Shown piece by piece: positions 45,053 through 57,495 of a DNA stretch of 64,000 bases. Source of the DNA: Polymyxa betae A26-41 (lineage: Eukaryota; Protista; Endomyxa: Phytomyxea). Under the pieces are notes generated by a model, which was given only the letters and a program-made list of their open reading frames with translations, was not told the origin of the DNA and searched no databases. The translations under genes and the position numbers were made by a program. Numbering within the stretch: position 1 is the first letter of the stretch; the number at the start of each line of letters is the position of its first letter. Location: contig RBZT01000989.1 of the NCBI GenBank assembly GCA_003693705.1, positions 9,656 through 73,655 on the forward strand, given 5' to 3'.

Positions 45053-47310
45053 ATGGACAATGACCATGAGCCTATCATTGTACGTCAGGCCTCATCTCAT
45101 CAGAGCGATTTATTAGAGAAGCTCAATACTGACTCCTTGGATCCATGGCGTATCATATTGCATCTCGCCACAACAAGGTCTGATTCTACTCTTTCGCATG
45201 CTAGAAATTAATTTGGTTCTGTAGCCATGGTGGTGTTCGTGATTATCTAATTAATCAAATGTATGATCTGCAATCTGATCAATTCGATTTTTTCCTGCCT
45301 CAGCTCTGGTCAGTTTGTTTTTATTTCCTTTCATTTTATATAATCTGGTTTGCAGCTGTTTTTTGGTTTCATGGCCCGAATCAGATCGTGAATCTCTTGA
45401 ACGCTTCATGTTATCCAAATGCTCTAAATCGCTTCATTGTGCCATGAAAATGTTCTGGCTACTTCATGCGATGGCCCCATATTGCTCTACAATGGATCAT
45501 CGTGAAAGATGTACAGCCTTAGCAACAGCATGCGAGACTGTTGTTATTAATAATTGTCAACCGAAATTTCTCGCCGATTCCAAAAAGGGCTCGAAGTCTG
45601 CTCCGTTTGGCAGTGCCGAATCGTTAAGGACTGCCCGCCTCGATGCTCTACTTTCCAGGAATGCACATTTATGTGGTCGTATTGCAAACCTTACAGCAAG
45701 ATTGCAATCGTCAAAACCACCACCTGATGGGCCTTTACCAAGTCCATTCCTTAGGCGATCACATTCTCAAGATTCTTTTATGCTGGCTGATGGACATCTA
45801 TCTCCTCTTCATTCGCCAAACTCAGATTCGGATGATAAGTGGAAAGGGAGATCACATGATAAAGCTCAGCTTCCTCTTTCTATGTTCCAACATAGACATA
45901 GTCTTGTTAGAGGCAACCTTCATCATTTGATTTCAATCAGTTAATTTTTGTGTTTAGGCAACTTCATCACCTGCACATACAGCCAGCATGAGGGATTTCG
46001 ACGTGTTCTTGGCTAAACAGCAAATGAGTGAATTTTTCACAGCTGAATTGCATTTGATTGCCGCCTTGGAGGATCTATCGAGCGATTTACTAAAGTTTGA
46101 AGGATCACATCGCAAGCTGCAACTTCAACGACAATTAACAGTGCTAAATGAGAAAGTTTGTCGTGGTCTTTATCTGCCTACTGGGCAGGCTAACGATCCT
46201 CACTACGTAATACTAAGGATACTGGCCCATGAGGTTACACCGTTAAGTTCAAGGGAAAAAGTCCCTTTCCTAATGCCAGTAGAGATTCTTTATACTGGCA
46301 AAAACTGCAGTGGTGAAGTTCACACTGATTACTTTGTCGACCATGAATCATGTCGGCGTCATCTACTTCGCTTGATGGAAAAATATCCTTCGAAGCCTTC
46401 GATACCACCGGTCCAAAATAATCCATCCTGTTTTGGATACCCATTTGGAGAGCTTCTTTCGGATCGAAAAACCAGAGTTCGTGCATCTTCACCATTCGGC
46501 CGTCTCCCTAACTGGGATCTGATGCTTATGATATTCAAGAGTGGTGATGACTGTCGTCAAGAACATTTAGCGATGCAAATGATCACTTATATTGATAACA
46601 TCTTCAAGGCTGCCATGCTACCTCTAAGACTTAGGCCACTTGAAATATTGGTCTGCTCTCCTACTTCAGGTCTTCTCGAATGTGTTCCCGATTCCAAGTC
46701 GATCGACGCTTTAAAGAAAAATATCCCCGGTTTTGTTTCTTTATTATGGTTCTTTGAGAAACATTTTGGTCCTCGTGGGTCGCCAGAATTCGCCCAGGCT
46801 CAGAAGAACTTCGTTGAAAGTATGGCTGCTTATTCGTTGGTGTCGTACTTGCTTCAGATCAAAGACAGACATAATGGAAATATTCTGCTGACCAACGAGG
46901 GACATATTGTTCATATTGACTTCGGGTTTATGCTATCGAATAGCCCTGGAGGAAACATCAATTTCGAAAGAGCACCTTTCAAGCTTACTGCCGAGTTTGT
47001 TGAAGTTATGGAAGGAGAGGAAAGTGAAGCTTTCCATTACTACCGCCTACTGATGATTCGTGGATTTCTCGAACTACGTAATCATTGTGATAAGCTCTGT
47101 GCCTTAGCTGAAATCTTATTCATGGGGCCTCCACATGATTGCTTCTATGGAGGCAAGCAAGCTCTTATCGATCTTAGAGAGCGATTCCATGCTACTGATT
47201 CAGAGCAGATTGTTGTAGAGTTTGTCTACAGCTTGGTAAGCCAAAGCATAAATAACTGGAGATCAGTTCAGTATGATACCTATCAGAGGATAACTAATGG
47301 CATACTTTAA
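45053..47310 (+). CDS. PI4KB: Phosphatidylinositol 4-kinase III beta (Pik1-like)
   Basis: FFLPQL, SREKVPFL, SPFGRLPNWDL..IFKSGDDCRQE, LQIKDRHNGNILL, HIDFGF and YDTYQRITNGIL. Confidence 0.95.
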
Positions 47311-47508
47311 ACAATGATAAATGTATAAATATCAATTCATTTCATTGTTGAAAACCGATTTGTCAAGGAAAAAATGATCTTCAAAACGCCATAATATATT
47401 GAATTCCTCCAAGACTATCATCGCTTGATTCTTGTTATCACAGAGCCAAAACAAAGACTACGATTTGTGATAGTTGATTGTTGGTATTGATTGCGGGCGC
47501 ATTATGTC

Positions 47509-48366
47509 ATGATGGAGGACGAGATCTATCATGCAGAAGTTCTCAGTCCTGCCTTGCTAGGGCGTATATTCACATATCTCACCATCTTTGAATACATCAA
47601 TGTCACTAAGGTTGCCTGCTTCCATTCGGATGTACAATGGTTTTGTTCATTCCCTTGCTAGGTCTCTAAGGCGTGGGCCAAAATCGCTGCCGAAGAGACT
47701 ATCCAGTGCATGACAACATTTGATGCAGCTCAGCTCTGGTACCTATTGGGGCAAATAGATCCATCTCCAATTATCACTATGATTAATCAGTTTGTGAATG
47801 TCAACAAGTATTCCTTTGCATATTGCCATCATCTCACTGATGCAAAACTTTTACAGTTGCTCGAAGCAATTCCCAACAAGGTATGGAATTACTCATTCGG
47901 GTGCTTTATTGGTGATGTTTGATCAGACTAATGTTAAATCCATTTCGCTATTTTATTGTCACAAGCTAACAGACCAGAGCACTCGGTTTATTGCCAGATC
48001 GTTTCCAAATCTGGAAGAATTAAACGTAGGGTCGCTGTACGATATAACTGATAAATCAATTCAAGCTATAGCTCAGTTCGGTAGAAACGTCAGGAAACTG
48101 TATTTGGTATGAATGTGATTATTATGACCTACTTAACGCTGATGATTGGCCTTTCTTAGGATCACAATGAGAAGTTTACGAGCGACATTCTCATTGATCT
48201 CAGTACCATGATGAATCTCAAGTTTGTCGACCTTCAGTTTACGAGGATTGAGGCGAAGTTCGTCGATGAGCATCGGGAATCATTTCCCCACGTAATAATG
48301 CTTGGTCCAGAAAGATTTCAAGGGGATCTTAGCCGGATACATCGTACCACTAGACCCGTTGTTTAA
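47509..48366 (+). CDS. F-box/leucine-rich repeat protein
   Basis: N-terminal F-box LSPALLGRIFTYLTIFEYINVTKVSKAW, followed by Cys-containing LRRs (FAYCHHLTD, LFYCHKLTD, VGSLYDITD). Confidence 0.8.
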
Positions 48367-48554
48367 TATAAATTATTGCTGGAGTCTGTACATTTTCGCT
48401 TTATTTGTTTTGGTAGTCGAGATCAGATCAGTTGATGGATTATAAAATTCTAACGATATTATACCTAAACATGTGATATCTTCAGTATTATTAGGGTTTG
48501 GGGGGTAACAGGTGATGGCGCGCTTTATGATTTCATCCCGAAAAGCTCAAATCT

Positions 48555-48597
48555 GATTGGTTCAATGTGATTGGCGCCGAAATTGTTCCCAGATTGG
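48555..48597 (-). promoter_or_regulatory. Three reverse CCAAT boxes (GATTGG) upstream of the small coiled-coil gene
   Basis: GATTGG at 48555, 48569 and 48592. Confidence 0.4.
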
Positions 48598-48762
48598 TTG
48601 AGTAAGACTGTTGTGAGATATCCGATCTGATCACTGCCTTCTTCTACATTGTTGCAACTGTCAGATCCGCTTCATATTCAGTACTAACTAAGGTCGGCAG
48701 ATCGCCCAGTTTCTTACCTCGAATTTCAAACTGCTCTGCTCTTCTCTAATACTATCTTTGCC

Positions 48763-49206
48763 ATGAGCCGCTCAGCTCTTTCTCGAATCGATCAAAATGC
48801 GATATCTATCAATCAAGTACCGCTATGCTTTATCCCTTTTTCAATTATGCTGAGTTCTATTTAGCATTCTATCAAAGAAGGCAAGCTTGGAAAGCCTGCT
48901 GTGGCTCCTGCCAATAATAACCACGAAATTGCGAAATTGAAATCAGAGCTTCTCAGGCAAGAGAAGATTGCCGAAGAGCAGAAATCGCTGATTTTTGAAT
49001 TACGTAAATCGCTAATTGAAGCTGTTCGCATTCATGAGCAAGACCAGGAACAGATTCGTTCGTTAACTGAGGTTCTTGAGTCCTGTATCTCTGCTTTGTT
49101 CTTATACTAATTTGATCATTTCTACCAGGCTGTCGCTCAAATTGGACCACTTCAATCACACCTTGCCCAAATCTCTATGATGTATTCTCTTGTGCAAATG
49201 AATTAA
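48763..49206 (+). CDS. Small coiled-coil hypothetical protein (3 exons)
   Basis: ATG 48763, two in-phase GT-AG introns, a heptad-rich segment EIAKLKSELLRQEKIAEEQKSLIFELRKSL and stop at 49204-49206. Confidence 0.6.
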
Positions 49207-49242
49207 TTAATAATCTTGTGACTTTGATCATTCTTAATAGAA

Positions 49243-50200
49243 TCAATGCTTTAATTTGCTGATTATGTCCGCTGAAACTGGGATCTCTCGAAACCGATGC
49301 ACTTGTAAATTATCAAGACGAAATGGACCGAATGTGGTACGAATTAACCGATTAACAGCCAATCCAGCCCATTGAAGCACTTTCCTAACTTCACGATTCT
49401 TTCCTTCAGTCAGTGATACTTGCAACCATGAGTTACGATGTCTCTCTCGATCCATTTTAATCTCAATAGGACGATAGTTAACTCCATGTATTACAGAACC
49501 AGTTGATAGATATTGCAGTTTATCGTAATCGACCTATAATCAAATTACAACTGTAGATATCGCTTTGGAACATAGTCAAACCTCGCCGAATACTCGAGCA
49601 CGATAAACCCTCTTGAAATTGTTATCTGGATGACTCAAATACGTAGCTAATGCAGGTGATGATGTTAGAAGCAGCAGTCCTTCTGTTGTAACATCTAATC
49701 TGAATCATTCATCTATCAAACTGTTTCAAGTATCAAGAGCTTGAATGTATCCTACCTGCCAACAGGAACTAATCGAGGTAAATGAAGTCGTTTAGTATCA
49801 GGGCATTTCTCAATTCTGTCAAATACTGTCTTGAGCTGAGGTTTAGGTGATACAGTGCTCACAATTTCATCATCAGATTTATGATAGATGAATAGACGGG
49901 CTCGTTTTAAAGGACGAATGTGATGATGTCCATCTAATGTGACAATAGAACCAGGTGACACACGAGTTCCCAATGAGTTCACAACACAATCATTGATAAG
50001 CACACGACCTTCTCGAACGTAGTTTTCAGCTTCTCTAATACACTTCAGTAATGGCAAAAACCAATATGAACTGTAACCTACCGGCGACTAGCGAATCCAC
50101 ATTGTGCAATGTATTTAGCAATACGATCACAATCAGGACCAGCTGCAGAGAATAAACGCACAGAGTATAATGAGAAATTAACAATTGGAAACCTGATCAT
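49243..50200 (-). CDS. RsuA/RluB/E/F-family pseudouridine synthase with S4 domain, probably mitochondrial
   Basis: Presequence-like MIRFPIVNFSLYSVRLFS, S4 motif RIAKYIAQCGFASRREAE, catalytic PVGRLDVTTEGLLLL and LTEGKNREVRK...RLIRTTFGP. Confidence 0.9.
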
Positions 50201-50693
50201 GATTATCTGATTAGATGGAATACTGCGAGCCAGCATGGTCGCAGATTGATACAACACAGAGCCGCACGAACGAAAATTACTGTACCGTAACTCAGAAATT
50301 ATTTACATACAGCCCGATTTGCCTCAGAATTGGCATTTATAATGCGATTTTCTGATGGTTGGGGCTCTCTATTAATCATTAAGAAAACTGCAATATTTGG
50401 ATCCATTCAAGCTGTCTGCATCACACAAGTATAAAACTACTTTTATCTCAGAACGTTGCATATGAAAAGTTGTATGGAATAGAGTATACATATGGAGTAT
50501 ATGATAACAGAATCAAGTATATTGTGATAATCTCAATATTTCTATTGATTTGTTAGACCTGTATAGACGGTGTTTTCAGTGTCTGTATATGACCTCTCTC
50601 CCCCCCCCGTAATATCATACATTGATTATGAAATGATATTCTATCAGCTATATACAGACGCAATCTGATAAATAATCTATTGCTAAGCGTCCC

Positions 50694-51763
50694 ATGACCA
50701 AGTCATCAACCATTCGATGCAGTGGAGAGTTCTTTAATCAAGAACATTGTGATACACACGTGTCATTATCGACTCGTGTTTGTGCCTATTGTGATCGATT
50801 TCAAGTTGATCGATGTCGTATTGTCCTTTGCCGATCTGCAGATACTCCATTTGCTGCCAGGAAACGTCTCATCAGGCTTGATAATGCGTCTATCACCTTG
50901 GATCTGAGATTCTTCGCTCTAGATGATGACAGTGATAATGATGGATTGCTGGTATTTAAGAACAGAGACCAAGCTGAAGTTGCTATCTCTACCTGGCCTG
51001 ATAATTTGACCTTATTACCTTCATTAATGGGAGATTCAGTCGATTTTATCAAATGTCATTGGTGTAGACGTAAAGTCCATCCAACAATGTTATCAACTTG
51101 TACCAAGCCATCTTGTGTTAAGAAAGCGAATTCAAAGAAGCGACCACCTTCTGATCCAGGTGTTGCACATTCTGCTCTCAATGATGCTGAGAAACGTCGC
51201 CGACAATGGAGAATATGTCCTGAACTGATGGAAGTTCGAAGTTCTGATAGGAATGATTTCGTTCTACCTCGAGCTGTTATTCAAGCTCCTGAGCAATTAT
51301 CTGCTAGTACGGTTTCGGTCAGGTTTGGAGATCACAATCTAAGAAGGTAATTCTTCCTTCTGCTTCCAATGCTGATATTCGGCTTTGTGTTTGTTACGTT
51401 TGTATTAGTGAGCTGTTCAGACCTTTATTTACTGTTAACTTTACCAGGGATTTGGATTTTATTTGTGGTCTCCAAGAGGTTGTGATATTGTCAGTGCCAT
51501 GGCCAAGTGATCATAATGTTGGAAAAGATGGTATAATAACAAGTGATGTGACAGTATCAGATGGAACTGGTGTATCTGGATTATTACAATTTACATATAA
51601 TATCAAGATATCATCAGAACCTGCTCCAAGTTCCGATCTAGATGAACAGATTCAACGATTGCATCTATTTGAAGATGATGATGCCCCATGTCACGTACTC
51701 TCACCATTATTTCCATCCGATGATCAACATCAAACACTAACTTCATTCGATTTCTCATGTTGA
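50694..51763 (+). CDS. Hypothetical Cys-rich protein, possibly with an IPT/TIG-like segment; 3' end uncertain (may extend to ~52084)
   Basis: A 218-codon first exon has CxxC pairs (CAYC, CHWC, CTKPSC). A later exon reads VSVRFG...LSVPWP...VTVSDG..SGLLQFTY. Confidence 0.5.
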
Positions 51764-52090
51764 GGCGACATTCATCACAATTCACTCTAATAATATCCTT
51801 TTAATATCTATAAAGAATTTGGTTCGTTTTAGACGGGATTACTGAGATGCGAGCAAGTTGTTGTCCCAGGGTTATGGTTATCATGAAAGAATGTTCTATG
51901 GACAGAGAGAACAGGGTTCTGCGTCATGTAATAAAATCTTACTACACTATTGACTATTGGATTGGCAATGATAAAGGTGATATCGGTCATATATTAATAT
52001 ATTCGGAGGTGTTCCATAATAAATCAGATGAATCCTCACCATTAAATTATGAAATTATAGGATCGGTCAGTCTCGATTACATAATATATC

Positions 52091-54691
52091 ATGTCTGATC
52101 AAGAATCACTGGAATGGGAGACTGACCCTGATGATCAAATGTCAATTTCTAGCGATGAAGAGTCCATCGATAATTCGACGATTCTACAGTAATTGCAATC
52201 TGGGCACCGATATCAAGAAATTCTTATTATTAATGTCTACAGAGGATATTGTAATGAATTAGAGATGTGCCCTGAGTTTCGTGCTGATGCAACTTATCTC
52301 TCTCATAACAATCTCATTCGAGTTCGTATTGCATTACTTCCCAAAGATGCCAATATATCTACTGGTGGAATTGCATCAATTGTTTCAGTAATGATCTAAT
52401 TGTATTATTGGTAGAATATCTATCAGCTATTGGTTGTGATTTAGATCGTGTATTAGTTCTAGAGCTGTATATTGATGAATACAGATTGGGTGTGTCAACT
52501 ATCTCTGTTGGCACTATAGGTTCTAATAACAATATATATTGTTCAGCAGTATAATTCAATATGAGTAATAGATGAGAAAGAATTCCAACAATTTGATAAA
52601 GAAATCCCAATTGTACATTGTGCTCTATCCAGTCCATTAATTCATCGTATTAAGCTGCGTCTTCAAGATGACTGGAAGGACATAGTCGGGTGATGAGCAA
52701 TACAGCCTATAATGATATCCATTTAACTGAATTGTTTATAGAGAACGATGTCGTCAATTCACTCAAGTTACACAGATCATATCTGTATCTAAAGTCGATT
52801 ATTTCTGGGCATTAACTGCATTAGCTGCATCCAGATTTGAGGTCAGCGACGCCATACTGGCCCTGTCCCGCATTGATACCACCCTTCTGCAAAAATCTTG
52901 CACTGAACAGAACACAAGTTCACATGAACTTGTGCAACAAGTTCAAGATGCTGTTCCTGGTATAAACAGAAATTCAGCATTACTTATTCTGTTATTATGT
53001 CAATGGTACGAACAATTAATGCCAAATCCTGTTGACTAATAACATTTTATTAGGGATCTGGATTTGGCTGTGCATTTAATGTCTCACTCACTTATAAAAT
53101 CCATTGTTGAACGTGCAAGTAAGGCCCTAAACATCTCTGATATTACGTCAGTATCATTGTCCAATGCCAATCTATTTACTTGATGAATTTTATATTATTG
53201 ATAGGACCATATCGATATTAACACCAACCAATCCTGTTGCTCGTCTTGCAGATGTATTCCTTCGTCGTATCTTAACACTAAATGAGACCTGTTATCTTTG
53301 TAATGGTCCACTTCCTATTGCAATCTTACGCCTGGGCATCTGTGATTCTCCTCTATGTAATCATCAATTTGAAGAATGTGGAATAGGTATGTTACGAATA
53401 CCTCTATAGATATCATACTGTTTATTAATGGATTACATAATGTAGGATTCTCTTTAGAAGAAGAAGTGTGTCGCAGGCCAGAATTATGTGATTTATTAAT
53501 CTCTATGTGTGCTAGTTCATCAAAGGTAGCAGCTGCTCATCTATTGTTTCGTTTATCGTTATATTTGATTAATGATAAGGGTGATCGATTATCCATATTC
53601 TTTCCCAAGGCACTTCAAGATCCCAAAACTGGTAATACACTATCAACTGATCAAAATGTCAAACATTCTCTCTCTCTTTATTATACGATTTGATGAATGA
53701 GAATGTAGGATGTGGCAAAGATTGGGGAAATGTTGGATAAATGTCCTGGTGTTCAACAAATGGCAGATCTTGCTAAACAAGGCACTTTGATCAAACATCT
53801 TCGACAATGTCATCCAATGTTGCCATCATTATTACGATGGTATAACAGAATATCAATGTGATTATAATCTATGGTAACAAGTGTGATAACAGGATCATTG
53901 CATCAAATCGAAGTCATATTCGACTTTTAGATAAATCAGACCATGTTAATGGTATTACTGCTTGTTATCAGGTAAAGAGATTCATCTTGAAGACCTTCTT
54001 GTCTATACTGAATCTGTGTCTTAGTTTGTTCTCTTAACTTCATCGCCCAAGAAGGAGTCCCTATTCAGATTGCAAGTCGCTAAGGCAAGTCGTGAACGTC
54101 CTGTTGAATATGCTTTCCATGGATCTCCTCAAGGCAATTGGCATTCAATTGTCAGACAAGGTTTGTTATGATATCATGTATATGAGATATACTGAATTAA
54201 TAACAGGTCTATTGAATATGAGTGGAACTAAACATATGTTAAATGGAGCAGCATATGGATCTGGGATATATATGGCACCAAAGTACAATATTTATTACTT
54301 GATTATCATGTCGATATCCCAATGATTATGTATTTAGTCTGCAGACATCGTTGGGGTATAGTCGAGGATATTGTAGGAGTAGCCAGTTAGCATGGAATAA
54401 TTCCATTTTTGGTCATGATTGGAATGCTGTTGCTTTATGTGAAGTTGCTAATACGACATGTTTAAAGAAACCCAATCCATATTGGTCTGTATTATGTATT
54501 ATATGATTATAGATTTAATGATTAATATTATCAGGGTTGTATCTGATGAAGATATGGTAGTAACTCGATATCTGTTTATATTCACATCACATGAAGCAAT
54601 TCAGCAGAGAGATATCGACTCGCGCTCCCAGTTTAACAGTGATCTGACCGCTAGATTTCGAAATCTTTCAAAGGGATCGTTGGCAGTCTAG
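52091..54691 (+). CDS. PARP6/PARP8-like mono-ADP-ribosyltransferase, multi-exon
   Basis: Zinc-binding TLNETCYLC...GICDSPLC..EEEV..PELCDLLISMC, and catalytic AFHGSPQGNWHSI, LNGAAYGSGIYMA, ALCEV and YWVV..EDMVVTRYLFIF. Confidence 0.88.
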
Positions 54692-54758
54692 CTCGATCGT
54701 ATTATCCTCTGTTGCCGAAATAACATTGACTTCAATTAGATGTATTTTCAGTTGTAAA

Positions 54759-55333
54759 TCACAATCCATGCTTAGCCTCATTAAAGGCATCGACCTCAGC
54801 AAGCAGTTCTTTACGTTTAACTTTAGATTGGTATCTCGCCTCAGAAGCCAGCCTTTTCTCTTCTTCAACCTTCCGGCGCTGAATGGCAGCTCGAGTGATT
54901 TGTGCAAGACCACCCTGGTCTAGAAATGGCTCAACCTAGAAGGATGATATTCAGAAAGCGGAAATCCGAGAATGCGAATATTTTACAGATGCCCAGGTCT
55001 TCTTTAGATGTGGATGATATGTAAATTGAACTTGACCATCAATATCTGCATATATGGTGTGATCACGACCAAGGGATGTTCCTGTTCCTGATCTCCACTT
55101 AGTTCCACGTTGACGAGCTCTATCACAATTAATATATCCAACTATACGATCAATGCACGATGTTCTTACATAATTTGACCAGCAAATACAGATTGACCTC
55201 CAGATTTCTTGAGTCCTAGACGCTGACCGGGGGAATCTCGCCCATTCTTAGTGGACCCAGCAGCTTTTTTGCTTGCCCATCGAACAAATTCGATATGAGG
55301 TGTAAAGAAGCGAGATATAAGAAGACTTGACAT
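54759..55333 (-). CDS. MRPL27: Mitochondrial ribosomal protein L27 (bL27m) with a C-terminal extension
   Basis: Presequence followed by [38 protein letters not shown] and GRDHTIYA. Confidence 0.92.
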
Positions 55334-55758
55334 TAAGGATTGTGTAATACAAGATATGGATTAAATGATAGAAATGACGCACATTAATATCATTCTTAAC
55401 AACACTAACAGCAACTTTTATTTATTATTACAAATACAATCAAACACGACCACAACATCAAATCTCCTTCAACTAGAATCCAATATAAAATGCCAATAGT
55501 GAATATGATCTCGATCGTCGTGGTTACTGTAAACCTAACGATATTGGCTGCTGAGTAAGAATTTGAATATTGAAATATTCGATATCATCTCAAAGAGATC
55601 CCCACTGACGTCTCTCAAAAAATGAGTATTGTGCTACATTGTTATAATAGATAGTTGATGTATTATATGTAATATTGTATACACGAATATATAGTACATG
55701 ATGTATGGAGATAATTCACAGATATATCAAGTGAATTAGTGCTAATGGCGCAATCATC

Positions 55759-56586
55759 ATGACCAAGAAATCAGCAGGGCGACGTCGTCACAAGCTCCAT
55801 GATCAGCATTATGATCAGTTTGTTGAGCAGTTAAAAGCCCAAGGTTTGGTCATCCAGCCGATTGCTGCCGATGGCGATTGTATGTTTGCTGCTATCGCTG
55901 ACCAACTCAATCTGATTCAAAACACAAAGAAGTATGTTAAAGCTGAAATTAGAGAAGAGACTGTCAATTATATCTTAAAGAATAGCAACGAACTTAGTGC
56001 ATTTCTGGTCGATGAGACAGTTGAGAATTATTGCTGTGGTATGAGAAAGCAAGGTCGTTGGGGAGGTCATATTGAATTACAAGCTGCTGTTCATGTATAT
56101 CAATGTAATATTGTTATATATCAATTTGATAGAGCAAGATTTATATTAAGACATCCAGATGCAGGAATCACTGATGCTATACATCTATCATATCATGATG
56201 GAGAACATTATTCCAGTTGTAGATCTATCTCAGGACACCATCAACCACTTCCCCAGGATCTCAAACCTCATCAATATAAACAGATCCATGATCGATCTCA
56301 TTATGTTCAATCAAATCGTGATTCTGTTCGAGATAACAGTTATGCGAGCGACGATGACGATCAAGACAGTATTGATGCAGGATCCAAAGTTGATAAGAAA
56401 TCCCAAAAAGATGGAGCAGGAAAGAAGAAAGAAAAGGGACGTAGAATGACAAAGAAAGAAATAAAACTACTGAAGAAACAAGAGAAGATACGATTAAAAA
56501 ATGGATCAGATAAGAACATTAATGGAGAATGTCAAGATAAGAATATATCAGATATTGTTCAACGTCTTGGTACTGTTCTAATATAA
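55759..56586 (+). CDS. OTU-domain deubiquitinase (OTUD3/OTUD6-like), single exon
   Basis: IAADGDCMFAAIADQL, WGGHIELQA and IHLSYHDGEHYSS. Confidence 0.9.
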   Translation: MTKKSAGRRRHKLHDQHYDQFVEQLKAQGLVIQPIAADGDCMFAAIADQLNLIQNTKKYVKAEIREETVNYILKNSNELSAFLVDETVENYCCGMRKQGRWGGHIELQAAVHVYQCNIVIYQFDRARFILRHPDAGITDAIHLSYHDGEHYSSCRSISGHHQPLPQDLKPHQYKQIHDRSHYVQSNRDSVRDNSYASDDDDQDSIDAGSKVDKKSQKDGAGKKKEKGRRMTKKEIKLLKKQEKIRLKNGSDKNINGECQDKNISDIVQRLGTVLI

Positions 56587-56641
56587 ATCAATATGAAATG
56601 AATCTGATCATATCTATGTGTAGAGTAATACATTGAAATAA

Positions 56642-57294
56642 TTAGAAATTTGATGATATAGGTGATGTGATACAATAGCAAGCTGGGGATGTTCCAGCAA
56701 TTAGATAAAGCTTCTTCATATAAACTAATGCATTGATTAGATGAGATTTCTCACCACATTCATTCAGAGTGATGAATCTCTGACCAACAGTCTGTTTCTG
56801 TTCTTGTCTATGATATTGCTAACAAATGATTCAGCATGCTTATCATATCATTAAATCTGTTTTCGTATTACCTCACATTCTATGGCTTCTTGAGATGTTA
56901 ATGATGATCTTGGCTTGGATAGAAGCAGATACTTGTTACGAAATAATTGTCGAATCTCTTGGTAGTATTGATCAATATCAGATAGGTTAATATTACGACG
57001 ATATTCGCCAGGTAATGTTTCTAATTGTTGTTCTGTAATTAGATGATTGAAAGCAGAACTCATTAGAGCAGATTTAATCTGCTCTAACTGCTTGATGTGA
57101 ATTTCTTGCTGCCCAATAGCATCAGATAAATGATCAACATCGCCTTGTGTCTCATTAAGCACAGATTGTAGCTGATTGATTTGTTGCTGATTATACTGAT
57201 GTGTAGATGTAGCACGACATGATATCAGTATTTGTAATTGATTTAATCTCTCATCAATAGCTTGATGAACATCATGTAGACTATCAGTTGACAT
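56642..57294 (-). CDS. SKA1: Spindle and kinetochore-associated protein 1-like (2 exons)
   Basis: N-terminal coiled coil, then ITEQQLETLPGEYRRNINLSDID..I..KYLLLSKPRSSL..EQKQTVGQRFIT, which matches the SKA1 microtubule-binding domain pattern. Confidence 0.65.
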
Positions 57295-57495
57295 TGTTGG
57301 GGTCCAGATCTGTCAACAGTTGACCTGTTGTTTTGTGGATTTCAACTGCAATGAGTGATATGGATATGACCCTTAACAAATCCTGATTACTATTGATATA
57401 TATAACTGTGTATATAATAATCAGTATAATAATCTGATATTAATAGATGGATATTATTAGTCCGAACTAATTCTATTTCGATTATTGATCTGATC

